Positions 1 through 7,769 of a DNA stretch of 64,000 bases are shown piece after piece. Each line of letters starts with the position of its first letter. Position 1 is the first letter of the stretch. The notes under the pieces were generated by a model. It did not search any database, was not told the DNA's origin, and saw only the letters and a list, made by a program, of their open reading frames with translations. The translations under genes and the position numbers were made by a program. Location of the stretch: positions 3,020 through 67,019 of the forward strand of contig JAKLEA010000028.1 in the NCBI GenBank assembly GCA_022711755.1, in the 5' to 3' direction. The stretch comes from Planctomycetota bacterium. Its GTDB lineage: Bacteria > Planctomycetota > Brocadiia > SM23-32 > JAKLEA01.

Positions 1-1
1 A

Positions 2-493
2 GATAGCGACTACGTTTCTTGTGATGCATACGAGGTCAACGACAACCTTTTTGGACCGTTTCCACCTCGTATTCTGCTCGGTATTGTCCCCGAAGTCATG
101 TCCCGAAGTGAGAAAGGCGTGAAATATGCTTTGGCAGAGAGGATATGGAATCAGTTCACGGGTGATATGCCCAACAGTGGCAAGAAGTTTACCGGGCGCG
201 CGCTGCCTGATCCTGATTTGGTTCCCGTCCTTATGGCCGTTGTGAACGACGGGCAAATTGACGCTGAATTCTATGCATCAATTGCCTTGTCCAAATTGCA
301 TCCTGACGTTTGTCCGACAAATCGCGACATCTTTCTCAGAACACCGGAACTGTATCGTAAGCGATGGCTCGACTGGTGGGAAAAGGAGGGGAAGAAGAAA
401 TATCCCTCTCTTGAGGAATCCCTGGCCAAGTTCGCCAAAGAAGTCACCGAGCAGGAGAAGAAGGATGCAAGAAATGCGAAGAAGAATGACTAG
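2..493 (+). CDS. hypothetical protein, probably 3' part of a gene that starts upstream of the window
   Basis: The frame of the 98..493 ORF has no stop codon from position 2 to TAG 491-493. The ORF track starts it at ATG 98 (131 aa). Lys/Glu-rich C-terminus. No family recognised. Local GC is visibly lower than the rest of the window. Confidence 0.5.
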   Translation, partial: DSDYVSCDAYEVNDNLFGPFPPRILLGIVPEVMSRSEKGVKYALAERIWNQFTGDMPNSGKKFTGRALPDPDLVPVLMAVVNDGQIDAEFYASIALSKLHPDVCPTNRDIFLRTPELYRKRWLDWWEKEGKKKYPSLEESLAKFAKEVTEQEKKDARNAKKND

Positions 494-790
494 AGGCGAC
501 AACAACGGAGCGACAATCCCGACAGGCATGGCCATGCGTGAGCCTGCCGCAAAGAGGCAATTGTTTCTCCTTTTCGATGCTTGAGTGTCGCGCAGGTCAT
601 TTCAATGAATCATACTTCATAATAATCGCAACACAAGTATTCTCAGCACTTTATACTACCTTCACAGAAGTTTCAGCAGAAGACTTTGCTTCTACTGATG
701 TTCGCACAATAAAGCGAAGGATTCCTCGCTCTGGACATATCCGAAAGGATGCTTCCAGGGCAGATTCGGTGTCGCCATATTGTGCGAGCA

Positions 791-2767
791 TCAGTAAGTG
801 TCTGCCCCGGCCTGGACGGGATAATAGGAGTCAGGGACATCCGGAATTGCGCAGCGGAAACCGGTCCAGTGGTTGGAACAGTCGGGCGACAGGCTGTCCC
901 GGAACGTGGTTTTCAATTCGACCGGGCCGCTCTTCCAATGTCCGCCGCGCACAACCTTGAAGCGTCCCTGTGACGGGCCGGCGGGATTGGAGGCGGGACC
1001 GATCGCGTAGAATTTTGGGGCGTACCAGTCCCTGCACCACTCCGCGACGTTGCCGCACATGTCCAGCGCGCCGCACGGGCTTGCGCCCTTCTGGAAACTC
1101 CCGACGACCAGCGGGAGCCTGCTTTCGGCGATTCTGCCGGACCAATTGCACAGGTCCGGGTTCCATTCCTTCCCCCACGGATACGGCAGGGATTCATCCC
1201 CGGCGGCGGCGCGTTCCCATTGCGCCTCGGTCGGCAGGACGGCGACGGCCCATTCGCAGTATGCCGCAGCGTCATGCCAGGTTACTCCTACAACTGGTTG
1301 ATTTGGCTGATTTAGCTTTTCGTCGGACATGGCGGCGGGCGCGGGGCGACCGGTGGCGCCGAGGAAAAGCAGATACTGCGAATTCGTGACCTCGGTCCGG
1401 TCAATATAGTATTCGCGCAGATGGACCTCGCGCCTCGGGCGCGCGTCGTCATAACCGGTTTCGTCCCCCATGATAAAACTGCCGGCGGGGATGTGAACCA
1501 TCTCCGCGCCGTCAGAAGCCCTTATCAGACTGTTTCCCTTGCGTTCCAGCCCATCGGGAAGCGAGCGGGCAGAACCAGAGACGGCAAAGGGGCCTTTTTT
1601 CCCCGCCGGGTCTCCCCGCAGCGCAAGCCAGAGTGAGCCGATAATTATTGTAACACCTGAGATAACAGCAAGATACAGCATGAACATGGTCAGTCCGCCT
1701 CTCTTGCGCCGCGGGGTGGAGAGGGGGGAAACGGAGATGATATCTTTCAATAACTCATTGCAGTTCTGGTAACGTTGGAGGGGATTCTTGGCCATGCAGC
1801 GGCGGATGATTTGCGCGGCAGCCTCCGGCACATCTGGCGCGCGCCTTGCCAGGCTGGGCGCGGGGTTATCAGCGTGCTTGGCCGCGATTTCTTCGGCAGT
1901 CCGGCCAGTGAACGGGGGATATCCTGTCAGCAAAAAGTAGAACAGCGCGCCGAGGCTGTAGATATCGGAGCGTTCGTCCGGTTCTTTGCCGGAAAGTTGC
2001 TCGGGGCTGAGGAAGCATGGCGAACCGACCGGGAACGCGCCGGATGGGTCGGCGTTGAGGAAACGGTTGAAGCCGAAATCAGTCACGACCGTTTTGCCGT
2101 CGGCGCAGATGAATACGTTTTCGGGCTTGATGCCGCCGTGAATGATGTCCTTTTCATGCGCGGCTGCCAATGCGCGCGCGATATCCGCAATCGTCGTCGC
2201 CGCGTCGGCTGGAGGCATTCGCCCGGCGGAACGGATTCGATCCCGGAGGTTCTCGCCGGCGATCATCTCCCTTGCGGCGTAATAAAGATCGCCGATCTCG
2301 CCTGATCCCAGGAATCCGGCGATTGACGGATTGTCAAGATTCTGGAGGCTCTTCCCGGCGGATTGCCTGGATTCTTTGAAACGCATGTTCCGGCTGATCG
2401 CTCTCAGGGGGATCGCTTTTATGGCAACGGATTTTCCGCTGCGGGAGTCGCGGGCGCGATAGATGACGCCTTTATCGCCGGTTCCGATTGGTTCCTCGAT
2501 TATGTATGGGCCGATTATTGCGGGGGGGCGGGCAGAGCCTTCGATATAGGGAGTTTCAACGCCTTCCGCGTCAATCTCCGCGCATATTCTTTTTTGAGGG
2601 GCGTCTTTTTCGATAATTAGAGGCGCTGAACATCGAGGGCATGACGTGACGCCGTCCGTCTCCACCCGATCGGGCGGCGGGATGAAGCTGACGTTGCAGC
2701 CCGCGCAATGGAGACGGCGGTCAGTTTGTGAGCGGCTTTGCGGCGTTGTGTTTTCTGAATCGGGCAA
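791..2767 (-). CDS. Hanks-type Ser/Thr protein kinase with N-terminal zinc ribbon, one TM helix and C-terminal FGE/SUMF1-like (sulfatase-modifying-factor) domain
   Basis: 658-aa ORF. Ribbon CAGC...CPRC. Kinase motifs HGGIKPENVF, VTDFGF, LSPEQ. TM helix LTMFMLYLAVISGVTIIIGSLWLAL. FGE-type motifs YYIDRTEVTNSQY, WHDAAAYCEW, LPTEAQWERAA, RVVRGGHW. Track start is TTG with no SD, so the exact start is uncertain. Confidence 0.85.
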   Translation of the reverse strand: MPDSENTTPQSRSQTDRRLHCAGCNVSFIPPPDRVETDGVTSCPRCSAPLIIEKDAPQKRICAEIDAEGVETPYIEGSARPPAIIGPYIIEEPIGTGDKGVIYRARDSRSGKSVAIKAIPLRAISRNMRFKESRQSAGKSLQNLDNPSIAGFLGSGEIGDLYYAAREMIAGENLRDRIRSAGRMPPADAATTIADIARALAAAHEKDIIHGGIKPENVFICADGKTVVTDFGFNRFLNADPSGAFPVGSPCFLSPEQLSGKEPDERSDIYSLGALFYFLLTGYPPFTGRTAEEIAAKHADNPAPSLARRAPDVPEAAAQIIRRCMAKNPLQRYQNCNELLKDIISVSPLSTPRRKRGGLTMFMLYLAVISGVTIIIGSLWLALRGDPAGKKGPFAVSGSARSLPDGLERKGNSLIRASDGAEMVHIPAGSFIMGDETGYDDARPRREVHLREYYIDRTEVTNSQYLLFLGATGRPAPAAMSDEKLNQPNQPVVGVTWHDAAAYCEWAVAVLPTEAQWERAAAGDESLPYPWGKEWNPDLCNWSGRIAESRLPLVVGSFQKGASPCGALDMCGNVAEWCRDWYAPKFYAIGPASNPAGPSQGRFKVVRGGHWKSGPVELKTTFRDSLSPDCSNHWTGFRCAIPDVPDSYYPVQAGADTY

Positions 2768-2813
2768 GACAGCGAACCGTGTTTTTTTCTGCGGCTCCGG
2801 CGGCTTCCGAAGA

Positions 2814-2837
2814 CAGTCACATCTACAGTCACGTCTA
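2814..2837. repeat. tandem 12-nt direct repeat CAGTCAC(A/G)TCTA x2 in a divergent promoter region
   Basis: CAGTCACATCTA at 2814-2825 and CAGTCACGTCTA at 2826-2837, 11/12 identical. It lies between the kinase-FGE gene (-) and the PEGA lipoprotein gene (+). Confidence 0.6.
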
Positions 2838-2994
2838 CGGTAATGTTATCATGGCGTGGGGATGCGGACAAGGAAGGCGGAATTGCGGATGGGAGCTTTC
2901 AGGTTGAAAAACGAGTGGAGTGTGAATATCATTTCCCCAGTCTGAGGCTGGAGGAAGCCGCTTTTTGCAGAACAGGGCTGAAGGAGGCTTGAGG

Positions 2995-3417
2995 ATGAGA
3001 AGTTTGATGACACGGACGCGGAAAAGGCCGGTCTGCCTGATGATGGCGCTTGTGCTTACCGCGATTTCAAGCGGCTGCTGCACGATATTCAGCGGCAGGA
3101 CGCAGCCGATCAACATGAATTCAGAGCCTCAGGGCGCAAAGGTGTCCGTCAATAATATGAATCTTGGCACGACGCCATGCCTGGTCTACATGGAACGGAA
3201 TACGCAGTATCCGATGCTCAAGTTTGAGAAGGAGGGCTACAAGGCAAAGGACGTTCAGATGCAGCGCAACCTGAATGCGTGGCTTATTGGAGACGCCTGC
3301 CTGTGCCTGATTTTCATCATCCCCGGGGTGGTGGCTCTGGCGGTGGATTTTGTGGATGGATCGGCATTCGAGCTTTATCCACCGATGGTCAATGCGACGT
3401 TGGAGCAACAGCAATAG
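2995..3417 (+). CDS. PEGA-like lipoprotein with C-terminal hydrophobic anchor
   Basis: ORF track gives 2965..3417. I prefer ATG 2995, preceded by GGAGG at 2983-2987. Lipobox LTAISSGC. PEGA-like strand EPQGAKVSVNNMNLGTTPC. C-terminal helix LIGDACLCLIFIIPGVVALAV. The last 84 nt are duplicated at 5281-5361. Confidence 0.6.
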   Translation: MRSLMTRTRKRPVCLMMALVLTAISSGCCTIFSGRTQPINMNSEPQGAKVSVNNMNLGTTPCLVYMERNTQYPMLKFEKEGYKAKDVQMQRNLNAWLIGDACLCLIFIIPGVVALAVDFVDGSAFELYPPMVNATLEQQQ

Positions 3418-3654
3418 AGCGCCCCAGACTCTTATTGGGATCGGGCAGAAAATCGGTCTCCCGCTTGGCTGTGGGAAGTTCGCGGGAGATATATTTGCCG
3501 CTTGGAATATCGGGCGGGGCGTCTTCCGCTGCGATGCGGAACAGGAACTATCGTTTGAAAATCGCTCCGGTCTGGGACTAAACGTATTATGAATGAGCAA
3601 TGCAGCCAGTCAGAGTGAGGATGAAACAGTAGCGTGTGGGGTGTCCAGTTCGGA

Positions 3655-4470
3655 TCACTCGTCAAGCACAAGACTTCCCCACTCCTCATAGCGCTTTTGC
3701 TCGGCCAAGCCGAACGCGCCAACTATCGCGAAAAAGAAGGGACTTGCCGCAACAAACGGCCAGAACAACGGCAGGAAGCATTCAATAAGATCAACGTTCA
3801 ATCTGTGCCCCATCGAGGGCAGCCATCCCGGCGCAAGAGCGCGAAACAAGATCGCTACGACCACGGCTACAGGAACCGCAAGCGCGCACCAGCCCGCGGC
3901 GCGAAGCGCGTCCTTGGTCTGCAACGGGCGAGGAAGAATCGCGCGGCGGAACCGGTCAATACACAAGCTTCCCAGGAAACAGCCGACGAGCAGCGAACCG
4001 ATAAACGCGCCAAGAAAGTGCGCCCCCCATATCACTATTGGCCCAGCCGGCGCGGGCCTGAAAAGGGCAATGGGTAGCGTTGATGCAATCCCTAAAAGCG
4101 CCCATCCGATCCAGAAGACTATCGCTGCGCCGGTCACTCTCGAAGCGTAGCGGAGTCCCGAGTCTTCCGGGTTCCATTTGCATGCCCGGCGTTCAATGGC
4201 GACATACCACTCGAGGCACGGGAAGCGTACACAGAGCACTCTCTCAAGCAGGGGAACAGAAGCCTGAAGCTCCAAGCGCAGATCGCTGGGATCGCCAAAG
4301 CGCTGCAAGGCGCGCGCGACGGCCGCCGGTTCGTCGCCGTCCCGCTCAAGCTCCTCATCATAGGTTGCCGTCAGGTGCGCCAGGAGTTCCTCGCGCATTC
4401 GGTCCTTCCTGTGACCGACGGCCCGGATGGGACGCACGACGCGTTCGACCTGCTTTTTCAGCTCACGCAT
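3655..4470 (-). CDS. PadR-associated membrane protein (HAAS / permease-prefix-like N-terminal helix region plus several TM helices)
   Basis: ORF track gives 3655..4518. The likely start is ATG 4470 (MRELKKQVERV...). The N-terminal segment ELLAHLTATYDEELERDGDEPAAVARALQRFGDPSDL is typical of partners encoded downstream of PadR genes. About four hydrophobic helices follow. Overlaps the PadR-like stop by 13 nt. Confidence 0.6.
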   Translation of the reverse strand: MRELKKQVERVVRPIRAVGHRKDRMREELLAHLTATYDEELERDGDEPAAVARALQRFGDPSDLRLELQASVPLLERVLCVRFPCLEWYVAIERRACKWNPEDSGLRYASRVTGAAIVFWIGWALLGIASTLPIALFRPAPAGPIVIWGAHFLGAFIGSLLVGCFLGSLCIDRFRRAILPRPLQTKDALRAAGWCALAVPVAVVVAILFRALAPGWLPSMGHRLNVDLIECFLPLFWPFVAASPFFFAIVGAFGLAEQKRYEEWGSLVLDE

Positions 4471-4811
4471 GGCTCTGCTCCCATGAGTTGCCCGACAACG
4501 CGAACGAACTCGCGCCACTTTTCCTGTTGCTGGACCAACTGCCTGCGCCCTTTAGACGTCAAGCGATAGGTTCGCCGTCGAGGGCCGCGAATACCTGGGG
4601 GCTTGTCCTCCCATCGGCCGCGGATGTGTCCGGCCTCTTCCAGGCGGTAGAGGGCCGGATAGAGCGTTCCCTCCTTCAGTTCGAGCATGCCGCATCCTCG
4701 CCCCTCCAAGCGGCGCATGATCTCGTAGCCGTGGGCTTCGCTCGTGGAAAGCGCCGCCAGCACCATCGCATCCAAGTGCCCACGCAGCGTATCGCCGTTT
4801 ATCTTTTCCAT
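4458..4811 (-). CDS. PadR family transcriptional regulator
   Basis: 117 aa. Winged-helix PadR signature LRGHLDAMVLAALSTSEAHGYEIMRRLE ... LKEGTLYPALYRLEEAGHIRGRWE ... RRTYRLTSKGRRQL. Confidence 0.85.
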   Translation of the reverse strand: MEKINGDTLRGHLDAMVLAALSTSEAHGYEIMRRLEGRGCGMLELKEGTLYPALYRLEEAGHIRGRWEDKPPGIRGPRRRTYRLTSKGRRQLVQQQEKWREFVRVVGQLMGAEPCVS

Positions 4812-4817
4812 GCCAAT

Positions 4818-4846
4818 ATACTATGACAGTCTGAGTAATATGTCAA
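4818..4846 (-). promoter_or_regulatory. sigma-70-like promoter of the PadR operon (TTGACA-N17-TAGTAT), predicting a leaderless or near-leaderless mRNA
   Basis: Minus strand: TTGACA at 4846-4841, a 17-nt spacer, TAGTAT at 4823-4818. Only 6 nt separate the -10 from ATG 4811. Confidence 0.35.
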
Positions 4847-4955
4847 GTGAGAATTCGGCATCATATTGCGAGTAGGTCGGTGAAAGTGTGATGCAGAATG
4901 GAGAAAACAGGTGCAAGGCGACGGGACTTAACCGAAACAGGACCTGAACTGTTGT

Positions 4956-4985
4956 TTGAAAAAAACTCCGACTCGTGAGTAATAT
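4956..4985 (+). promoter_or_regulatory. sigma-70-like promoter TTGAAA-N18-TAATAT upstream of the chimeric pseudogene
   Basis: TTGAAA at 4956-4961 and TAATAT at 4980-4985. The whole block 4951-4990 is paralogous to 7691-7730. Confidence 0.35.
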
Positions 4986-5028
4986 ATTATCAATGAGTTT
5001 GTATCAGTCCAGAAAGAGGATATGCGTG

Positions 5029-5361
5029 ATGAGACGACAACACCCCCTTCGCTTTGTTTTTAGCGCGGCAATGGTCGCCATTACCGCGCTGTCATGTGCT
5101 GATGTCTACGCCGAGGACGCAAAGGATGCCGCTGCGTCCACGGATTCAGCAACAGAAGCGATCGCCAAGACCGCCGCAATCGTCCTTTTTGAGGATGACT
5201 TCAGCAAGGGCGCGGACAGGTGAACTTTAACCGACGCCAACCCCTGGGAAGCGCAGAAAGAGGGGGAAAACGGGGTTTTGGCGCTGGCGGTGGATTTTGT
5301 AGATAGGTCGGCATTCGAGCTTTATCCGCCTTCGGTTAATACGACGCTGGAGCAACAATAA
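5029..5361 (+). pseudogene. chimeric pseudogene: signal peptide and N-terminus of a LamG/DUF1080-like paralog fused in frame to the last ~26 codons of the PEGA lipoprotein gene, interrupted by TGA
   Basis: ATG 5029 follows AAGAGGA. 5170-5286 is about 93% identical by eye to 7890-8002 (FEDDFSKGAD..TDAN.WEAQKEGENGVLAL). 5281-5361 is about 85% identical to 3334-3417 (ALAVDFVD.SAFELYPP..N.TLEQQ*). Codon 5221-5223 is TGA where the intact paralog has TGG. The frame is preserved across the junction. Confidence 0.7.
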
Positions 5362-5443
5362 AAACAAACGTCTCTGACAGGTCAGGCTATTGTTTCTCCG
5401 CTGTCCCTCCCGCCTGACATTTCGCAGGTGCGGCACATTCGGC

Positions 5444-7231
5444 TTAGAAATAATACCAGATGCTCTCGTAGTCCGTCGCATCCTCGCCAAAGTCTGAAAG
5501 ACGATTAAGGTAGTCCAGTATCGGCACATCTGTTGCCAGGTATGTTTGCAGTCTGGCGATGTTTTTCTCCCACGAATGGAACTCGTAGACTCGCGAGCCG
5601 TCTGGCAGGACTGACACCATGTCCCGGTGCTGATAAGCGCGCAGATAATTTTTGCCCAGCCCCGGGACGTTGTAGACCGGCTCATCGGTACGGCAGAGGC
5701 CGGGCAGCAGGCGACTTTCCTCTTTGACCTCCTGCAGGATGCGCGCTATCGGCACGCGGTATCGCATCGTTTCCGCCTTGCCCTTCGTGGCAAATGTGTA
5801 ATACGGGTCAATGCCGATGCGTCTCAAAAGCATGCGCAGGCGCGCGCTCTCAAACCGCCGAGACGTGAAAAATGTATAGACCAGTTGATTATAAACGCTT
5901 ATTCCACGGCGTTTTATGCGGTCAATTGCCGCCGCCATCTCCGGCGTCACCTCATAGACGTGCTCGACATGCGTGATGACTGCAATATCCCGCCTGCCAA
6001 GCTCACGGCATGAACCAAGAGTGTCCGCCAATTCTTCGGTCACGCGCATGGGCATGGTGACCGGGGTGCGCGTGCCAATTCGGATGATTTCTATCGCGGG
6101 TATGGCGCAGAGCGCATCCAGTATTTCCTTCAGTCGGGCTGTTTCAAGAATCAACGGATCGCCGCCGGTTATCAATACCTGCCGCACGGCAGGATGATCG
6201 GCTATCCACCGGATGGCATCCCTCATGCTCTCGGGAGGCGCAAAAGCGCCCGGAGCCATGACCTGGTCAATCTCCCAGTTGCGCTGACAGTAGACGCAAA
6301 TCTGCGGACAAGTTGACACCGGTTTGAGGATGACGATTGACGGATAACGGCGTGTCACAAAGTCAATCGGAGATGTGTCAGTTTCAAGCATGAAATCACA
6401 CCCGACGCCGTCCGCTCCGCGCTGTTGCGTCATGGCGCGGATGTAGTCGCGCGGTGGAATCACTTGGGCGCGGACGGCATGGTCGCGGCCCAGCGGCTCA
6501 TCGTCCATCAGCGAGGCATAATAGGGGGTGATGCCGAACGGCAGACGGGCGGCGCATGCGTCGGCAATATTGCGGTGTTCCTCCTCGCTTAAGGTCACGA
6601 CCTTTGAAAAGGTCTCAACATCGGAGATTACATGGGCGGTCTGCCATCGCCAGTCGTTCCAGTCGGCTATCGAACCGCCAAACACGTTAAGAATTTTGTT
6701 TCGTCGGAATTGGCGATATTCCGGGATTCCATCATCAAACCCTGACGCATAGCGCGCCATCTTTTCAGCAGTCAATGCCCAAAGATGGTCAAGCTCATCG
6801 CTGCGCAGGATCGCCGCTTCCCGTCCACTCGGCTTGTCGGTCAGCGGGACGTGGTCGTAGCGAAGCGGTCCACGTCCGCGTATTCCGATCACCCAGTGGA
6901 TCAGTTCGGCATAAAATCCTGGCGAAAGGTCGGGGCGGACGGTTCCCGCAGCAATGTCCATGAGCGCCTTCGCGACGCTGAAACCGACGCGGGCGTCGGA
7001 AACACTGCTTAGCGCGGAGCGTAATGCGCGGGAGCAATCGCGCGCTGATATGCGTTCATAGGAAGGTCTGCTAGTATGGTCGCTGATGGTTTCAGCGGCC
7101 ATCCTGTCAGCGTTGGAGCGCAGGCGTTCCCGAACTTCGTCAAGGGATGACGTCTCCTTAACACCGGAAAACAGGTCAACAGCCTCTCGGCGCAATGAGT
7201 CGGCATTGAAATCAGATTCCATGAAAGCCAT
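5444..7231 (-). CDS. KamA-family radical SAM aminomutase (lysine 2,3-aminomutase-like), long form with ~190-aa N-terminal extension
   Basis: 595 aa with a strong SD (GAAGGAGGA just upstream of ATG 7231). Motifs WRWQTAHVI, CxxxCxxC = CPQICVYCQRNW, ITGGDPLIL, IRIGTRTPV. The N-terminal extension matches no family I recognise. Substrate cannot be assigned. Confidence 0.8.
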   Translation of the reverse strand: MAFMESDFNADSLRREAVDLFSGVKETSSLDEVRERLRSNADRMAAETISDHTSRPSYERISARDCSRALRSALSSVSDARVGFSVAKALMDIAAGTVRPDLSPGFYAELIHWVIGIRGRGPLRYDHVPLTDKPSGREAAILRSDELDHLWALTAEKMARYASGFDDGIPEYRQFRRNKILNVFGGSIADWNDWRWQTAHVISDVETFSKVVTLSEEEHRNIADACAARLPFGITPYYASLMDDEPLGRDHAVRAQVIPPRDYIRAMTQQRGADGVGCDFMLETDTSPIDFVTRRYPSIVILKPVSTCPQICVYCQRNWEIDQVMAPGAFAPPESMRDAIRWIADHPAVRQVLITGGDPLILETARLKEILDALCAIPAIEIIRIGTRTPVTMPMRVTEELADTLGSCRELGRRDIAVITHVEHVYEVTPEMAAAIDRIKRRGISVYNQLVYTFFTSRRFESARLRMLLRRIGIDPYYTFATKGKAETMRYRVPIARILQEVKEESRLLPGLCRTDEPVYNVPGLGKNYLRAYQHRDMVSVLPDGSRVYEFHSWEKNIARLQTYLATDVPILDYLNRLSDFGEDATDYESIWYYF

Positions 7232-7695
7232 CCCGATCCTCCTTCACATTTCGTAATTCTCAAACCTTGATCTCCAACTGCGGGCTTGCGAAAAAGACTT
7301 TCCAGAATCGTCTGCCTGCATGTCCAGAGCCGTAAAAAGGTTCGAACAATTAATTCAATCTTCCACCCGTAACCCCCCTATAACGATTGTGACGTTATTA
7401 AACCAATTATTGCCTTACGATAGCGAATCGTCAATAAATTGTCAGTGAGTGTTCGTTTAAACTACAGGAATTCCCGCATGACTCCGCGTCTGCCCCGGGG
7501 CGCTTTCGTCAGGGGCGTCCATTTTTTCCGGATATGAAGGTCATGACCATTTGCCTTTCACCATACAGCCCCTTCCGGCCTCTGTCGAGTTGCAAATGCG
7601 GCAGGGAGCAATGCAGGTATCCCGCACATGTCGGTTCAAAGACATACCCGTCTTCGGGGGCGTGTCCTTTTCATCATGGCAGTAAAAACTCTTGT

Positions 7696-7725
7696 TTGAA
7701 AACAACCCCGGTTCGTGAGTAGTAT
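7696..7725 (+). promoter_or_regulatory. sigma-70-like promoter TTGAAA-N18-TAGTAT of the LamG/DUF1080-like gene cluster
   Basis: TTGAAA at 7696-7701 and TAGTAT at 7720-7725. The same hexamers, spacing and spacer motif (..CGTGAG) occur in the paralogous copy at 4956-4985. Confidence 0.4.
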
Positions 7726-7769
7726 GTTACAAGCAAGAGCAGGAAGTCCGTGGCGAACAGGAGACACAA

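Noticed and set aside
494-960. Possible diversity-generating retroelement: the kinase's C-terminal FGE/C-type-lectin-like domain is the classic scaffold of DGR variable proteins, so I looked for a template repeat downstream of its 3' end.
   Set aside because: 494-790 is AT-rich and shows no similarity to the 3' coding region (800-960). No reverse transcriptase is present in the window. The C-terminal sequence lacks the Asn/AAY-rich variable-region pattern.
5221-5223. The TGA inside the chimeric ORF as a recoded (Sec/Trp) codon rather than a stop.
   Set aside because: Many confidently called genes here terminate with TGA (for example 9487-9489, trpB, trpA). No SECIS-like hairpin follows. The gene is a truncated chimera lacking most of both parental proteins.
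7534-7722. 62-aa Cys-rich ORF (MKVMTICLSPYSPFRPLSSCKCGREQC...) as a possible RiPP precursor for the neighbouring radical-SAM enzyme.
   Set aside because: KamA-family enzymes are aminomutases, not peptide maturases. The ORF has no SD and runs through the conserved promoter of the LamG/DUF1080-like gene. Its composition looks like a random translation of intergenic DNA.
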